From Rhodothermales bacterium (GTDB lineage: Bacteria > Bacteroidota > Rhodothermia > Rhodothermales > JABDKH01), in contig JBFHWK010000001.1 in the NCBI GenBank assembly GCA_041589075.1, positions 1,950-65,949 on the forward strand: a stretch of 64,000 bases of DNA, in the 5' to 3' direction. Positions 11,629 to 22,119 of the stretch are shown piece after piece (the first letter of the stretch is position 1; every line of letters starts with the position of its first letter). Made by a program: the position numbers and the translations under genes. The notes beneath the pieces are model-generated. The model was not told the origin of the DNA. It was given only the letters and a program-made list of their open reading frames with translations, and ran no database searches.

Positions 11629-14157
11629 ATGGCGTCGTCGACAGTCAACAAGAGGCGTGCTGCTCCGCCTCCGCTAGAGGACGGTCTCGTGTCCGCCCAG
11701 CGTAAGAAGGAAGTGCTGGGTCTAATTCTCATGGTCCTCGGCACACTTGTGGCGATCGCAGTGATCAGCTACAGTGTACTCGACAGCGGCCTCGCGCGAA
11801 ACTTCACTGTGCGTGAAGCTGTGAACCCAGGCGAGAACAAAGCGGAGAACGCGCTCGGCTTGGTAGGGGCGTGGATCGCACACGGCCTCGTGTACAACCT
11901 TCTCGGTTATGTGGTACTGGTAGTGCCGGGCCTGGTGTTCGCGTGGGGGTACCTGATGTTCCGCGGCCGTCAGCCCGTGTACTTGCCGCTGGTCTCAGTG
12001 CTCGTTTTCATCGGCGGCTTTGTGCTCGCGGGAATATTCGGATGGATTGGGAAAGTCTTCGACCTCGATACGTTCGTCTGGAGCGGCGCGTGGGGTGTCG
12101 GCACGGCAGGATGGATGGTTCAGGTTTTTGGAACTGTGGGTGCGGTTGTACTGCTGGCGCTGGCACTCGTCGTCGTTATCCTGCTCCTGATCGACCGCGA
12201 CGTGCAGAAATCCATCGACCGTCTCGAGGAAGGCATCTTCAATATTAGAGAGGGGATCAGGGATTGGAGGGCCCGCAACAAAGCGCATCGCCAACAGCGA
12301 AAACAGGAGTTGATGGAACTCGCCGACAAGAGGGCCGCGGCTCGCGAGGCGGAGAAAGAGCGAATCCTGGCCGAGGCGGCGGCAGCGAAAGCGGCGGCCG
12401 AGATTCAGAAAGCGAAGTCGGCGGCGGCGCCGATCGCAACGGCGGCGGCAACTGAACATCGTGTCTCACAGGCACGCATCTACGAACGGCCTGGGCGCGA
12501 CGACCACGCACTCGGCCGGCCCGACATCCGACCCCTGGACACCAAGCCCAACGGCCCGCGCCCCCTCGTGGAAGCCGGTACACCGGACCTAGCGCTGACC
12601 GTCGAGCAACGCGTCGAAGAAGAACGAACCGAGCGCGTCCAGCGACCCATCGGCGAGCCGGCCGAGGATCGCGAATTCAGGATGCCCGCCCTCAGCCTGC
12701 TCGACCGCGTAGACGAAAGCAGCCTGCAGATCGACTACGACGAACTCGAAGAAAACAAGTCTATCCTGCTCGACAAGCTGGCCACATACAACATCGAAAT
12801 CACCGACATCAAGGCTGTCGTCGGGCCGACCGTAACGCTTTATGAATTGACGCCCGCGCCGGGTGTGAAAATCAGCCGCATCACCGCACTCGAGGACGAC
12901 CTCGCCATGGCAATGGCGGCGCGCGGCATTCGAATGATCGCACCGATTCCGGGCAAGTCGGCTATCGGCGTGGAAATTCCGAACCGGCACCGCGAGCTCG
13001 TGCGCATCCGGGATCTGATCGGTACGACGAAGTTCTCGTCCGCGCGTATGGAGCTGCCGCTGATTCTCGGGAAGACCATCGAAGGCGAGGTCTTTATCCG
13101 CGACCTGTCCATGATGCCTCACCTGCTGATTGCAGGCGCCACCGGATCCGGCAAGTCGGTCGGCCTCAACGCATGCATCGCGGGCCTGTTGTACGCGTGT
13201 CATCCTGCGAACCTCAAGTTCGTCATGATCGATCCAAAGAAGATCGAGCTGCAGCAGTATGCCAGGATCGTCGAACACTACGTGGCCATGCCTGAAGAGG
13301 CGATGGATCCGATCATTACCGATATACAGCAGGCACTGGGAACGCTCCGGAGTTGTGAGAAGGAGATGGAAGAGCGGTATGATCTCCTCTCCGATGCCCA
13401 GGTCCGCAGCGTCAAGGAATACAACAAGAAGTTTGCCACACGCAAACTCGGTGGCGATCACCGTCATCTTCCGTACATAGTCGTGGTCGTCGATGAGCTT
13501 GCCGATCTGATGATGACGGCCGGGAAGGACATCGAGGGGCCGATCGCCCGTCTCGCGCAGATGGCTCGCGCCGTAGGCATTCACCTGATCCTCGCAACGC
13601 AGCGCCCGTCGGTCGATGTCATCACAGGATTGATCAAGGCCAATTTCCCTGCGCGCATCGCCTACCAGGTGGCATCAAAAATCGATTCGCGGACCATCCT
13701 GGATCAGAACGGTGCTCAGGGCTTGGTCGGCAACGGCGATTTGCTGTACATGCTGGGCAGCAACATCCTCCGGCTGCAGGGCCCCTTTGTCTCGGTCGAG
13801 GAGATCGACCGTCTTACCCAATTCATCGAAGACCAGAAGGGCGGTGGTCCGTACATTCTCCCGTCAATCGAAGAGTCGGTCGACTTCGGGATCTCCGGCT
13901 ACGGCGCCAGCGAGCGAGACGACCTCTTTGAGGATGCGGCCCGAGTAATCGTTCGGAGCCAGCAGGGGTCGGTATCCTTGCTGCAGCGAAAGCTCTCGGT
14001 CGGGTACTCGCGCGCCGCGCGAATTGTCGATCAGCTGGAAGACGCCGGCATCGTGGGTCCTTTCGAAGGATCGAAGGCGCGTCAGGTGCTGGTTTCGGAC
14101 GAGATCGAGTTGGACGACTTGCTCCTTGAGGACAAGGAGAAAACGCGTCAGCTATAG
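11629..14157 (+). CDS. ftsK: DNA translocase FtsK
   Basis: N-terminal multi-TM region and a low-complexity linker. Motor domain with '[12 protein letters not shown]' and '[12 protein letters not shown]'. C-terminal gamma domain '[24 protein letters not shown]'. Confidence 0.95.
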   Translation: MASSTVNKRRAAPPPLEDGLVSAQRKKEVLGLILMVLGTLVAIAVISYSVLDSGLARNFTVREAVNPGENKAENALGLVGAWIAHGLVYNLLGYVVLVVPGLVFAWGYLMFRGRQPVYLPLVSVLVFIGGFVLAGIFGWIGKVFDLDTFVWSGAWGVGTAGWMVQVFGTVGAVVLLALALVVVILLLIDRDVQKSIDRLEEGIFNIREGIRDWRARNKAHRQQRKQELMELADKRAAAREAEKERILAEAAAAKAAAEIQKAKSAAAPIATAAATEHRVSQARIYERPGRDDHALGRPDIRPLDTKPNGPRPLVEAGTPDLALTVEQRVEEERTERVQRPIGEPAEDREFRMPALSLLDRVDESSLQIDYDELEENKSILLDKLATYNIEITDIKAVVGPTVTLYELTPAPGVKISRITALEDDLAMAMAARGIRMIAPIPGKSAIGVEIPNRHRELVRIRDLIGTTKFSSARMELPLILGKTIEGEVFIRDLSMMPHLLIAGATGSGKSVGLNACIAGLLYACHPANLKFVMIDPKKIELQQYARIVEHYVAMPEEAMDPIITDIQQALGTLRSCEKEMEERYDLLSDAQVRSVKEYNKKFATRKLGGDHRHLPYIVVVVDELADLMMTAGKDIEGPIARLAQMARAVGIHLILATQRPSVDVITGLIKANFPARIAYQVASKIDSRTILDQNGAQGLVGNGDLLYMLGSNILRLQGPFVSVEEIDRLTQFIEDQKGGGPYILPSIEESVDFGISGYGASERDDLFEDAARVIVRSQQGSVSLLQRKLSVGYSRAARIVDQLEDAGIVGPFEGSKARQVLVSDEIELDDLLLEDKEKTRQL

Positions 14158-14215
14158 GCGCTCTGTGCCGGGCGGCGCGCCCGCCAATCTTACAGTTCTA
14201 CATCAAGAAAAGCAG

Positions 14216-14725
14216 ATGACTACGAATGGAAACGCTGCACCAGTGGCGATCGTGATGGGAAGCGAGTCTGACCTGCCGGTGATGCAGGGAGCGGTGGACA
14301 TATTCAACGAATTCGGAATCGGCTACGAGATTCGCGTGCTTTCAGCGCACCGTACACCGGATGCCACGGCGGCGTATGCTTCTGGAGCGCGTGACCGCGG
14401 CATCAAGGTGTTCATTGCGGGAGCCGGTGGGGCCGCTCATCTTGGTGGGGTCATTGCCGCCTACACGCCACTGCCGGTGATCGGCGTGCCGGTACCGAGC
14501 AAGAACCTCAATGGACTAGATTCACTGCTGTCGATTGTGCAGATGCCTAGCGGCGTCCCCGTTGCGTCAGTGGCTATTGGTGGTGCGAAGAATGCCGCCC
14601 TCCTTGCGATCCAGATACTCGGCATCGGCCGGCCGGAGCTGCTCGACCGCATGGCAAAGTACAAAGCCGACATGATCGCGAAGGTAGAGGCGATGGACGA
14701 ACGCGTGAAGGCCGCGGTCAGTTAA
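14216..14725 (+). CDS. purE: 5-(carboxyamino)imidazole ribonucleotide mutase
   Basis: '[14 protein letters not shown]', 'RVLSAHRTP' and '[13 protein letters not shown]'. The track ORF start at 14024 overlaps ftsK, so the internal ATG at 14216 is used. Confidence 0.93.
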   Translation: MTTNGNAAPVAIVMGSESDLPVMQGAVDIFNEFGIGYEIRVLSAHRTPDATAAYASGARDRGIKVFIAGAGGAAHLGGVIAAYTPLPVIGVPVPSKNLNGLDSLLSIVQMPSGVPVASVAIGGAKNAALLAIQILGIGRPELLDRMAKYKADMIAKVEAMDERVKAAVS

Positions 14726-14843
14726 TCATTCGTACCGACCCGCGTTCGGTCAACCGACGACGGACAGGGCCAATCTTGTCCGCGTGGCACCGTGCGCTTG
14801 AAATCGAAGCACCGCTCGGGTGGTTCGTCCCTACCGTCGTCCG

Positions 14844-17249
14844 CTACTCGAGAAACAGGTCCTGCGTCCTCTCCGCCGACCTCCCCGAAATATTGTCCTT
14901 GACACGGACGCGGAGCGTGTACACGCCGGGCTCCTGATTCGACGCGTCGAGAATCAGATACTGATAGTCGTCACGTGCTGAACCGGACACCGGGACGGTG
15001 ACGGAAACCCCTTTCTCACCACCGCCGAAGATCCCACGCACTACGCCGGCAATTCCCTTCCGCTCATCCTTCGGAGCCAGAACCGCACTGACTTCAAAAT
15101 CGGTTCCCGCGTCAGGATTCTGCGCGAGGTTATACACCTCGAAGTAAAGATAGATCGGCTGCTCATGCCCGAATACGCTCCACGGTGCCGGCATCATCGC
15201 AAGCCCGTTCCGCAGCACCTCGGCGCCTCCCACCTTGTGACCGGCCCCCGCATCCTCGACACGATACGACAGCATTACATCGCTCAGTGAGAGGCGGTCT
15301 TCCGGGAACTCGGGAACGTCAACCGCACGCCGCTGAACCGCCACCGTACCCCCTGAAGCCGTCTCGAACTCCACGGAAACGTCGTGTGGACCGCTCGGAG
15401 CCGTCATCTTCTCAGTGGCAACCCACAGCCTCGATTCATCGAAATTCATGACTTGGGCGGTCTTCAACCCATAAAGCGTCTTGCGTCGCTCGACTACCAC
15501 GTCACGCCTGTCGTTAATCAGAAAAGTGCCCACATTGGCCGTAAGCTCGATCAGATCCTCGTTCCCATCATACGACGCCACAGGCACACCGTAGTGCACG
15601 TATACGTCTGCGCGACCCTCCTCACCACGAAAAGACGACGTCAAGAACGGCAGGTCGATGCGCCGGCCTGGTGGCTCGTACTCGTAGTGATCAGGACGCT
15701 TTCTAAATATCTCCTTCGACCTGATCTCATAGTCGTTCAACCACGCCTGTCCCGCGCGGCCGTTTGAGATCGCGTCGGCCGGCGGACTGTAGAATCGAAA
15801 CCGGCCGTTGTTGAACGGGTCCTCAAACACAAACCGAAAGTCGCCGTATTCCCAGATGTTGTACCGGTTTGATTCCTCGACCAGATCAGCAGTGAAGTCG
15901 ACGACCTCAATCGTACCGAAGAGAGCGGTCGAGATCACACGCCGGTCGTTTACGGAACCGGTTGCAATCCAGGTTACGTCAGCCTTGGGCACGCCGTATC
16001 GAATCAGGATGCGACCACGATCGGTCTCCCAACCTCGCTTGTCGACATCCGGAGCGGAGTACAGCAGATCCGCATACAAAATCCTCGAGTAGTGCTCGAG
16101 CTTGCGCTCGTTGAACGGCGTTAGATACCGTGGATCCTTCGACGTCCAGAAACGTGACGCGTACCCGTCCTTGTCCGCCAAGTACACTTTCTTCTCGTCA
16201 TCGGGAAGAATCACATCGATGGACTCGTAGACGCTCCGCTCGTTATCGTCCATAAGTTCGAGCGCCTTCTTGAAGCTGGCAGCCGAGGCGGACGAGTTGC
16301 CGGCCCGGTAGTGTGCGTAGCCGAGATTAGTCCACAGGAAGGAGTCGTCCGGAAAATACTGGAACATGCGTGCCAGCAAGTCGAGCGCGCTTTCCGGGTC
16401 ATTCCTCAGCGCGTACACACGCAGAAGATTCTCGTATACCGACCGGCGCCTCGGATCCGATTCCAGCGATTTCTCCATGTGATATAGAGCCCGAGCATAC
16501 GCGCGGTCAGCTCGCCCTTTCAGGTTGTGCACGGGGAATCCCTGCTGGACAAAGGTGTCAATATCAAACCGATCGTCAAAATTGAACTCTTGGGCGTCGA
16601 AGTCAGCGAACGCGCGAACGGGTGTTGTAGGATCGATGGCCAGCGGTGGACCACCGGTCGTAGGTGCATTGGACTCGATGATTGACTGGTCGAACTCAGG
16701 CGCCTCCGGCATCGCCCGCTCGTAGTCGGGGTTCACGAAACGCAGGCTTGGTATGGAAATGGCATTGCGATACCTCCAGAAATCGCGGATATGAAGCAGC
16801 CCCAGCTCTTCATGTGCGAATGCGTTCGTGGAATCAAGCTTCAATATGTTGTTGGCAAGCCGAACCCGCTTGGCCTCCCGAATCTTCTCCATGATGAAGT
16901 TGGTCGACTCCACCCGAAGCTGCTCCAGCCGGGCTACCAGATACTGGACGTTGTCGGGATCGATGTCGAGGGCACGGTCAAGCTCGTTGCCGGCGCGCTT
17001 GACATCGCGAAGCGGTGTCTCGAAGTACACGCGGGCAAGCAGGAAGTGAGCCTCGGCGTTTTGAGGATCACGCTCGACGGCGCGCTCAAAGGCTCGTGCC
17101 GCCTCGTCAAAACGGCTTTCGCGGAAGGCGATCAGTCCCTCGGTCATCGGGTCGGATTCCTGACCGAGCACAGGCAGCGCAAAGACCGTCAGCCATAGCA
17201 GAGCCACGGTCCGGCCAAAAAGGTTCTTCGTGCACATTTTGTCAAACAT
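14844..17249 (-). CDS. secreted TPR + GWxTD domain-containing protein (paralog A)
   Basis: Signal peptide, TPR-like helices ('PQNAEAHFLLARVYF'), and the core 'NERKLEHYSRILYADLLY...KRGWETDRGRILIRYGVP'. Function unknown. Confidence 0.8.
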   Translation of the reverse strand: MFDKMCTKNLFGRTVALLWLTVFALPVLGQESDPMTEGLIAFRESRFDEAARAFERAVERDPQNAEAHFLLARVYFETPLRDVKRAGNELDRALDIDPDNVQYLVARLEQLRVESTNFIMEKIREAKRVRLANNILKLDSTNAFAHEELGLLHIRDFWRYRNAISIPSLRFVNPDYERAMPEAPEFDQSIIESNAPTTGGPPLAIDPTTPVRAFADFDAQEFNFDDRFDIDTFVQQGFPVHNLKGRADRAYARALYHMEKSLESDPRRRSVYENLLRVYALRNDPESALDLLARMFQYFPDDSFLWTNLGYAHYRAGNSSASAASFKKALELMDDNERSVYESIDVILPDDEKKVYLADKDGYASRFWTSKDPRYLTPFNERKLEHYSRILYADLLYSAPDVDKRGWETDRGRILIRYGVPKADVTWIATGSVNDRRVISTALFGTIEVVDFTADLVEESNRYNIWEYGDFRFVFEDPFNNGRFRFYSPPADAISNGRAGQAWLNDYEIRSKEIFRKRPDHYEYEPPGRRIDLPFLTSSFRGEEGRADVYVHYGVPVASYDGNEDLIELTANVGTFLINDRRDVVVERRKTLYGLKTAQVMNFDESRLWVATEKMTAPSGPHDVSVEFETASGGTVAVQRRAVDVPEFPEDRLSLSDVMLSYRVEDAGAGHKVGGAEVLRNGLAMMPAPWSVFGHEQPIYLYFEVYNLAQNPDAGTDFEVSAVLAPKDERKGIAGVVRGIFGGGEKGVSVTVPVSGSARDDYQYLILDASNQEPGVYTLRVRVKDNISGRSAERTQDLFLE

Positions 17250-17260
17250 GGCGCCTATTT

Positions 17261-19450
17261 CTATTCGAGAACGATTACGCGGCCGGTTCGAGCCACACCA
17301 CCGGTTCCCAGGTCCGTTAAACGCAGTCCAAGCACGTAGGTCCCTTCTCGTAGGCCCTCCGTGTCAATTATTAGGTAGCGAGCGTCCTTTCCTGCCCGCG
17401 CCACTCCCACGTAGCGCACGGCGACACCCTCACCCTCGGGATCACGCAGCATATCCCCAAGCGCGTCATCGAGCCGCTGGCCCTTCCTATGCGGGTACAG
17501 TCGCGCTTCTACTTCGACCGCACCCTCACCACTCCCCTGCTCCTGAATGCCGTAGGTTTCGAAGTAGAGGTACACGGGCTGCCCTACCCCAAACACGCCC
17601 CACGGCGCGGGCTGAATAGCATGTCCTCCGCGAACGAGAAGCAACTCGGTGTTTTCAGTCGATTCCTCAGCCAGGTACGCCAGCAAAAGGTCACTCAAGA
17701 CAGGTGCCGCCGCCACGTCTTGCAGAGGTGAGAAATTGATTCGCTGAACACCTGCGGCCCCGGACTCGTCCGCCTCAAACTCCACAGCGATGCTGCGCGT
17801 ACCCGGCGCGACCATCATAGACCGCACGAGCAGACGATAACGCGTGTTCTCATGCGACACCAGAAATGAACTCCCCGGCTCGCTTCCCGTCTCGCGGCCA
17901 AGCACAAGCCCGCTGGAGTCCAGCGCAAACAACCCCGAACGAAAATCTTCGCGATTATCGGACCAGGGCACACCGAATGCGGCCACCACCTCCTGCCCAC
18001 CACCGTCATCCCGAAACCTGCTCGCCAGAAGCGGAAACGCGACACGCGATCCATGACGATCATAAACAAAGCGTTCCGGGGTGCGTCGAAAGATTCGCTT
18101 GGAGACCAACGTGAAATCGTTGTCGTACGCCAACTGGATCTGATCGAAATCTGGGGCCGCATTTCCTGCTTTCGGCGAGTAGAACGTCAGCTTTCCGGAC
18201 TTCGCCAGATCCATAAACTTGAAGAAGAAGTCGCCGTAGTGCAGGACCAGGTATTTGTCGAGCCGCGTGTTGTTCTGTGCCTCACCGAGCGGGAGACCAT
18301 AGCGGACGACGACATCTCCGGGCTCGGTGTCCCATCCTCGCTGCCCCTCAAACATGTCACCGAAACGCAGATCCGCGTACACGAGTCGGCTATAGTGCTC
18401 CAGTTGTCGTTCGTTCTGGTTCGTCAGATGCATTGGGTCGCGGCGACGCCAGAATTCATCTGACGAGTAGGCCAAGCTTTCCTCGCCGAACCGGGCCGTA
18501 GACTCAAACACGGCGACGTCCCCTTCGGGAAGCAGTTCGAAAGCCGTTCGGAAAGAGGCCTCGGCAGCCGCCAGTCGATTCTCTCGAAAGTCGATGTAAC
18601 CCTTGTACAGCCAGAGGTCAGGGCGGCTCGAGTTTGCAGCCACAAGCCGGTCGATGACGTCGCGCGCCATGGCGATGTCAGGCCTGAGCACGAGTACCAT
18701 CATAAGCTCACGAACAGTGACCGGATCTACGTGTCCGGATTGCAATGCCTTCGACAGATGCGTCACCGCCTTTTCGTACCGCCGTGTCGCTTCGCTTTCC
18801 TTGACCACAAACTCAATTCGATTCGATCGAAGACGACCGGTCGCCTCGAATGCCAGGGCACCATCGTCCGACAGCATCGCCGGCTCGAGCAGGTACGCCG
18901 CATTGAAGAAGGCTTCCCTGCCGGCGGATACGTCGAGGTTGTCGAGGTCGGGGAAGCTGACGGACGCCCGCGCGTTCAGGTAATCGTCGACGGCGATCTC
19001 GCCCATCACTTTGTTGGCGTATGCGTGATCCGGATCGAGTTTCAGGATCTTCTCCGCCAGATCCTCCCGCTGGGCCGTACGCCACGCAGGCAGAAACGAC
19101 GACGGGAATCTGTGCATCAGCCGCAGCCGAGTCCCGAGATACTCTGTGTTGTCCGGTTCGAGAGCTATTGCCTTGCCGATCGCGTCGCGCGCCTTACCGG
19201 GGTCCACATGCGGCTCCTGCAAGTGTACCCAGGCGACCAGGTGGTGGGCCGCCGCGAGATTCTGATCCGAGGAAAGGGCTCCGTCGGCCAGACGCAAAGC
19301 CTCTTCAAAGTGACCGCTATCGGCGGCCTGTTTCCCCTGAGCCAGCAGTGTCACGGCGTCCTGAGAATGCGCCGGCGGTGCCGACAAGATCGCAGCCGCA
19401 AAAGCAACGAGAACGGACTTGGCAAACGCTATCTGCAGACTGGCGGTCAT
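17261..19450 (-). CDS. secreted TPR + GWxTD domain-containing protein (paralog B)
   Basis: Same architecture: 'NERQLEHYSRLVYADLRF...QRGWDTEPGDVVVRYGLP'. The ATG at 19450 gives signal peptide 'MTASLQIAFAKSVLVAFAAAILSAPPAHSQ'. The track start at 19543 is less likely. Confidence 0.8.
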   Translation of the reverse strand: MTASLQIAFAKSVLVAFAAAILSAPPAHSQDAVTLLAQGKQAADSGHFEEALRLADGALSSDQNLAAAHHLVAWVHLQEPHVDPGKARDAIGKAIALEPDNTEYLGTRLRLMHRFPSSFLPAWRTAQREDLAEKILKLDPDHAYANKVMGEIAVDDYLNARASVSFPDLDNLDVSAGREAFFNAAYLLEPAMLSDDGALAFEATGRLRSNRIEFVVKESEATRRYEKAVTHLSKALQSGHVDPVTVRELMMVLVLRPDIAMARDVIDRLVAANSSRPDLWLYKGYIDFRENRLAAAEASFRTAFELLPEGDVAVFESTARFGEESLAYSSDEFWRRRDPMHLTNQNERQLEHYSRLVYADLRFGDMFEGQRGWDTEPGDVVVRYGLPLGEAQNNTRLDKYLVLHYGDFFFKFMDLAKSGKLTFYSPKAGNAAPDFDQIQLAYDNDFTLVSKRIFRRTPERFVYDRHGSRVAFPLLASRFRDDGGGQEVVAAFGVPWSDNREDFRSGLFALDSSGLVLGRETGSEPGSSFLVSHENTRYRLLVRSMMVAPGTRSIAVEFEADESGAAGVQRINFSPLQDVAAAPVLSDLLLAYLAEESTENTELLLVRGGHAIQPAPWGVFGVGQPVYLYFETYGIQEQGSGEGAVEVEARLYPHRKGQRLDDALGDMLRDPEGEGVAVRYVGVARAGKDARYLIIDTEGLREGTYVLGLRLTDLGTGGVARTGRVIVLE

Positions 19451-19564
19451 GCGCGTGATCCGAACGGGGTCAGCCATCATGAAGTATCGGCAAACGGCTC
19501 TTCGCATGCCTGGGGCGAGCCGCGTTCGGTGCAGCGAGGACACCGAAACGGCGATACCCGACGC

Positions 19565-20032
19565 TCAACCGCTCCTCCGTCTTTCGCGCTGAATGCGGTC
19601 GAGCCTCCGCTTTGTCTCCTTCTCGGCGATATCGGCCCGCTTGTCGTACTGTTTCTTACCGCGAGCCACCCCGACCTCTACCTTCGCCCGCCCGTTCCTG
19701 AAGTAAATGCGCAACGGAATGAGTGTATAACCCTTTTGACGCACCGCTTTGTCCAACTTGGCGATCTCCCGGCGATGCAGAAGGAGTTTCCTGGGCCGTA
19801 CTGGGTCGTGATTAAAGTGGGAGGCTTGCTTATACGGAGAGATGTGCGCATTCATCATGATCGCCTCTCCGTGTTCGATTGTGCAGTATGCATCCTGGAG
19901 ATTCGCCCGTCCGTCACGCAGGGACTTGACCTCGGAACCGTGCAGCACCAGACCGGCTTCGATCTTTTCCTCGATCCGGTAGTCGTGGTAGGCTTTCCGA
20001 TTAGACGTGACGAGCTTGATGCCTTCGGACAT
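19565..20032 (-). CDS. smpB: SsrA-binding protein
   Basis: 'NRKAYHDYRIEEKIEAGLVLHGSEVKSLR' and 'KLLLHRREI' are canonical SmpB. 155 aa. Confidence 0.95.
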   Translation of the reverse strand: MSEGIKLVTSNRKAYHDYRIEEKIEAGLVLHGSEVKSLRDGRANLQDAYCTIEHGEAIMMNAHISPYKQASHFNHDPVRPRKLLLHRREIAKLDKAVRQKGYTLIPLRIYFRNGRAKVEVGVARGKKQYDKRADIAEKETKRRLDRIQRERRRSG

Positions 20033-20039
20033 CGCTGAT

Positions 20040-20861
20040 CTACAAGAGTGGTCTGCTCACCGAATCGTCCGAGTCGTCAATCTCCACGTGCGCCACCGGA
20101 AAATCGACAATCTCATCCGTGAAGTCGTAGTAGAAGGCGTAATCCAGAAGCTCGGTGATACTGGCGGTGGCAAGGTCGTCAAAACGCACGCGGACATCCT
20201 CACTGAAGAAATGGCGGAGCGCAGGCCCGTAATCTTTCGAGTCGGCCCAATGTGATCGCAGTCGTTCGGAGCGTTCGGCCATGTCACGAAGAAGCGCAAC
20301 GGCGTTGGATGTGACCTCACCCTTGCGCATGACAAAGACATGCCAGACCATTGGGTAACTGGCCAGTTCGAACCACTCTTGACCGAGGTCCAATCGCGAA
20401 CCGCGCCCGTCATCCTTCAGAAACGGAATCTCGTTGCCCACACAAATGGCGGCATCGTCCTCGGCAAAATCTTCGTCGGTCACAACGAGTTCCGGCTCCA
20501 TCTTGTAATGCTCGCGAAGGACGACGAGCGACAGAAATGCTTCCTGAACGTGTGCTGGATGACAGTAGATCTTCTCCGGCGGCGTCGTAAGTCCGGCCGG
20601 CAGATAGACCTGCGCAAACGGGTAGTGCCACGACGAGAGCGCAACAGCCGGAACCACCTCCAGCCCTTCCGAATCCGCGACGACCGATAACGTCGACACG
20701 AGCGCGATGTCTACCTCGCCGCACCGTACCATCGACATCAATTCGCCCGATGCCGCTTCAACCACGGACACCGCGCCGTCGACACGAAGCCCCGACACAA
20801 AAAACTTGGTCGGAATACTGCTGGCGATTCCCAGTCTAAGGTTGGACACGACTGATTTCAC
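20040..20861 (-). CDS. periplasmic-binding-protein-fold protein, MqnA/MqnD (VitK2_biosynth)-like
   Basis: The pattern 'LRLGIASSIP...', 'CGEVDIALVSTLSV' and 'VPAVALSS' resembles chorismate dehydratase MqnA-type proteins. This is a recollection of the family pattern, not a verified hit. GTG start. Confidence 0.4.
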   Translation of the reverse strand: MKSVVSNLRLGIASSIPTKFFVSGLRVDGAVSVVEAASGELMSMVRCGEVDIALVSTLSVVADSEGLEVVPAVALSSWHYPFAQVYLPAGLTTPPEKIYCHPAHVQEAFLSLVVLREHYKMEPELVVTDEDFAEDDAAICVGNEIPFLKDDGRGSRLDLGQEWFELASYPMVWHVFVMRKGEVTSNAVALLRDMAERSERLRSHWADSKDYGPALRHFFSEDVRVRFDDLATASITELLDYAFYYDFTDEIVDFPVAHVEIDDSDDSVSRPLL

Positions 20862-20871
20862 CTCGTGTCGA

Positions 20872-20910
20872 ATACATAAAAGCCGCCGACAAGTTTAACG
20901 CCGACGGCTT
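20872..20910 (-). terminator. terminator-like hairpin after rplS
   Basis: Minus strand reads AAGCCGtCG-loop-CGgCGGCTT followed by TTATGTATT. The stem is imperfect and the T-run is short. Confidence 0.35.
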
Positions 20911-20942
20911 AAAAGGTGCGGTTGCCGGGTTGGCCCTCGCTC

Positions 20943-21299
20943 TTAATTATCGAACCGCTTTTCGCGGATACGGGCTGCCTTCCCTCGCAGATCCCGCAGG
21001 TAGTAGAGCTTGGCACGCCGGACGTGACCCTGTCGGACCACTTCAATCTGCGCAAGTTTCGGCGAGTTGACTGGGAAAATACGTTCAACGCCGACGCCGT
21101 TCGATATTTTGCGGACCGTGAACGTCTCACGTGCCCCGGCCCCCTTGCGCGCGATGACGATGCCCTGAAACTGCTGAATGCGTTCCTTCTCTCCCTCGAC
21201 AACGCGGACATGTACGTTTACCGTGTCTCCCGGGGCGAAGTCCGGTATATCGTCTCGAAGTTGGGTCGCCTCCACCAGTTTTGTGAGATCTGTTGACAT
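20943..21299 (-). CDS. rplS: 50S ribosomal protein L19
   Basis: '[37 protein letters not shown]' and 'RRAKLYYLR'. 118 aa. Confidence 0.97.
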   Translation of the reverse strand: MSTDLTKLVEATQLRDDIPDFAPGDTVNVHVRVVEGEKERIQQFQGIVIARKGAGARETFTVRKISNGVGVERIFPVNSPKLAQIEVVRQGHVRRAKLYYLRDLRGKAARIREKRFDN

Positions 21300-21391
21300 G
21301 GCAAACCTCCGACTTCTACGGGTTTGAAAATGACGATTATCGGGAGTTACGGCGAGCGCGCGTGGCCCGCGTGGTCTTTTTGGCTAACCGC

Positions 21392-21399
21392 CAAAGATA
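21392..21399 (-). promoter_or_regulatory. TAnnTTTG (-7 box, FCB-type) candidate upstream of rplS
   Basis: Plus-strand CAAAGATA equals minus-strand TATCTTTG, 93 nt upstream of the rplS ATG, in the trmD-rplS spacer. Confidence 0.25.
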
Positions 21400-21404
21400 C
21401 GGAC

Positions 21405-22115
21405 TCAGCGGCCTTGCCGATACAGGTCAGGCCGGCGTTTCTTTGTTTTTTCGATTCTCTGAAGGTCTCGCCAGCGCTCAATCTCCTCGTGATTGCCGGA
21501 GAGAAGCACCTCGGGAACGGCCATGCCGCGAAAGATGGCCGGCCGGGTGTACGCGGGAGCATCCAGCAGGCCATCCTGAAACGAATCGGTCAGCGCCGAG
21601 GTGGCGTCACCCAGCACGCCCGGAAGCAATCGAATGACCGCATCGGTCAAGACCAGGGCGGGAAGCTCGCCGCCGCTGAGTACGTAGTCACCGATCGAGA
21701 CCTCACGCGTAACCAGACCGTCGCGTACGCGTTGATCAATGCCCTTGTAATGACCCGCAATGAGCACGAGCCTGCGCTTGAGCGATAGCTCGTTCGCAAG
21801 ACTCTGGCTCAGCGGTTCACCGTCAGGCGTGAGAAAGATAACTTCAACGGCGGACGACGCGTCCCGTTCAACGCCAATCAATTCCTCGACGCACCGGAAA
21901 AGTGGCTCAGGTTTCAGCACCATCCCCGCGCCGCCGCCGTACGGATAATCGTCTACCTGGCGATGCCTGCCGGTCGCATATTCTCGTAGATCGACAACGT
22001 TGATCTCAACAAGACCGGCATCAACGGCACGCTTGATAATACTCTGTCGCAGGGGCGAGTCAACCAGTTGCGGCAGTGCCGTGATGATGTCAATGCGAAG
22101 CATTCGCGTGCGCAC
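21405..22115 (-). CDS. trmD: tRNA (guanine37-N1)-methyltransferase
   Basis: '[11 protein letters not shown]', '[14 protein letters not shown]', '[13 protein letters not shown]' and '[14 protein letters not shown]'. Confidence 0.95.
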   Translation of the reverse strand: MRTRMLRIDIITALPQLVDSPLRQSIIKRAVDAGLVEINVVDLREYATGRHRQVDDYPYGGGAGMVLKPEPLFRCVEELIGVERDASSAVEVIFLTPDGEPLSQSLANELSLKRRLVLIAGHYKGIDQRVRDGLVTREVSIGDYVLSGGELPALVLTDAVIRLLPGVLGDATSALTDSFQDGLLDAPAYTRPAIFRGMAVPEVLLSGNHEEIERWRDLQRIEKTKKRRPDLYRQGR

Positions 22116-22119
22116 CGCG

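Noticed and set aside
12589-13584. 331-aa ORF antisense to the ftsK motor domain
   Set aside because: A shadow ORF, with the ftsK reading frame strongly supported by Walker motifs.
14024-14215. N-terminal 64 aa of the 233-aa track ORF for purE
   Set aside because: It overlaps the ftsK 3' end in another frame, and PurE homology begins right after the ATG at 14216.
14726-14843. Possible structured RNA in the purE / GWxTD-A convergent spacer (8-bp inverted repeat GACGACGG at 14756-14763 and CCGTCGTC at 14834-14841)
   Set aside because: The stem encloses ~70 nt with only weak internal pairing and no covariation data. It more likely reflects overlapping terminator-like hairpins. It could be checked with RNA-seq.
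18731-20038. 435-aa ORF antisense to GWxTD paralog B and smpB
   Set aside because: A shadow ORF spanning two real genes on the other strand, which is implausible as a coding unit.
19544-20040. tmRNA (ssrA) expected near smpB
   Set aside because: There is no non-coding gap large enough. smpB is flanked by CDSs at 7 and about 21-114 nt, and no tRNA-like acceptor/T-arm sequence was seen.
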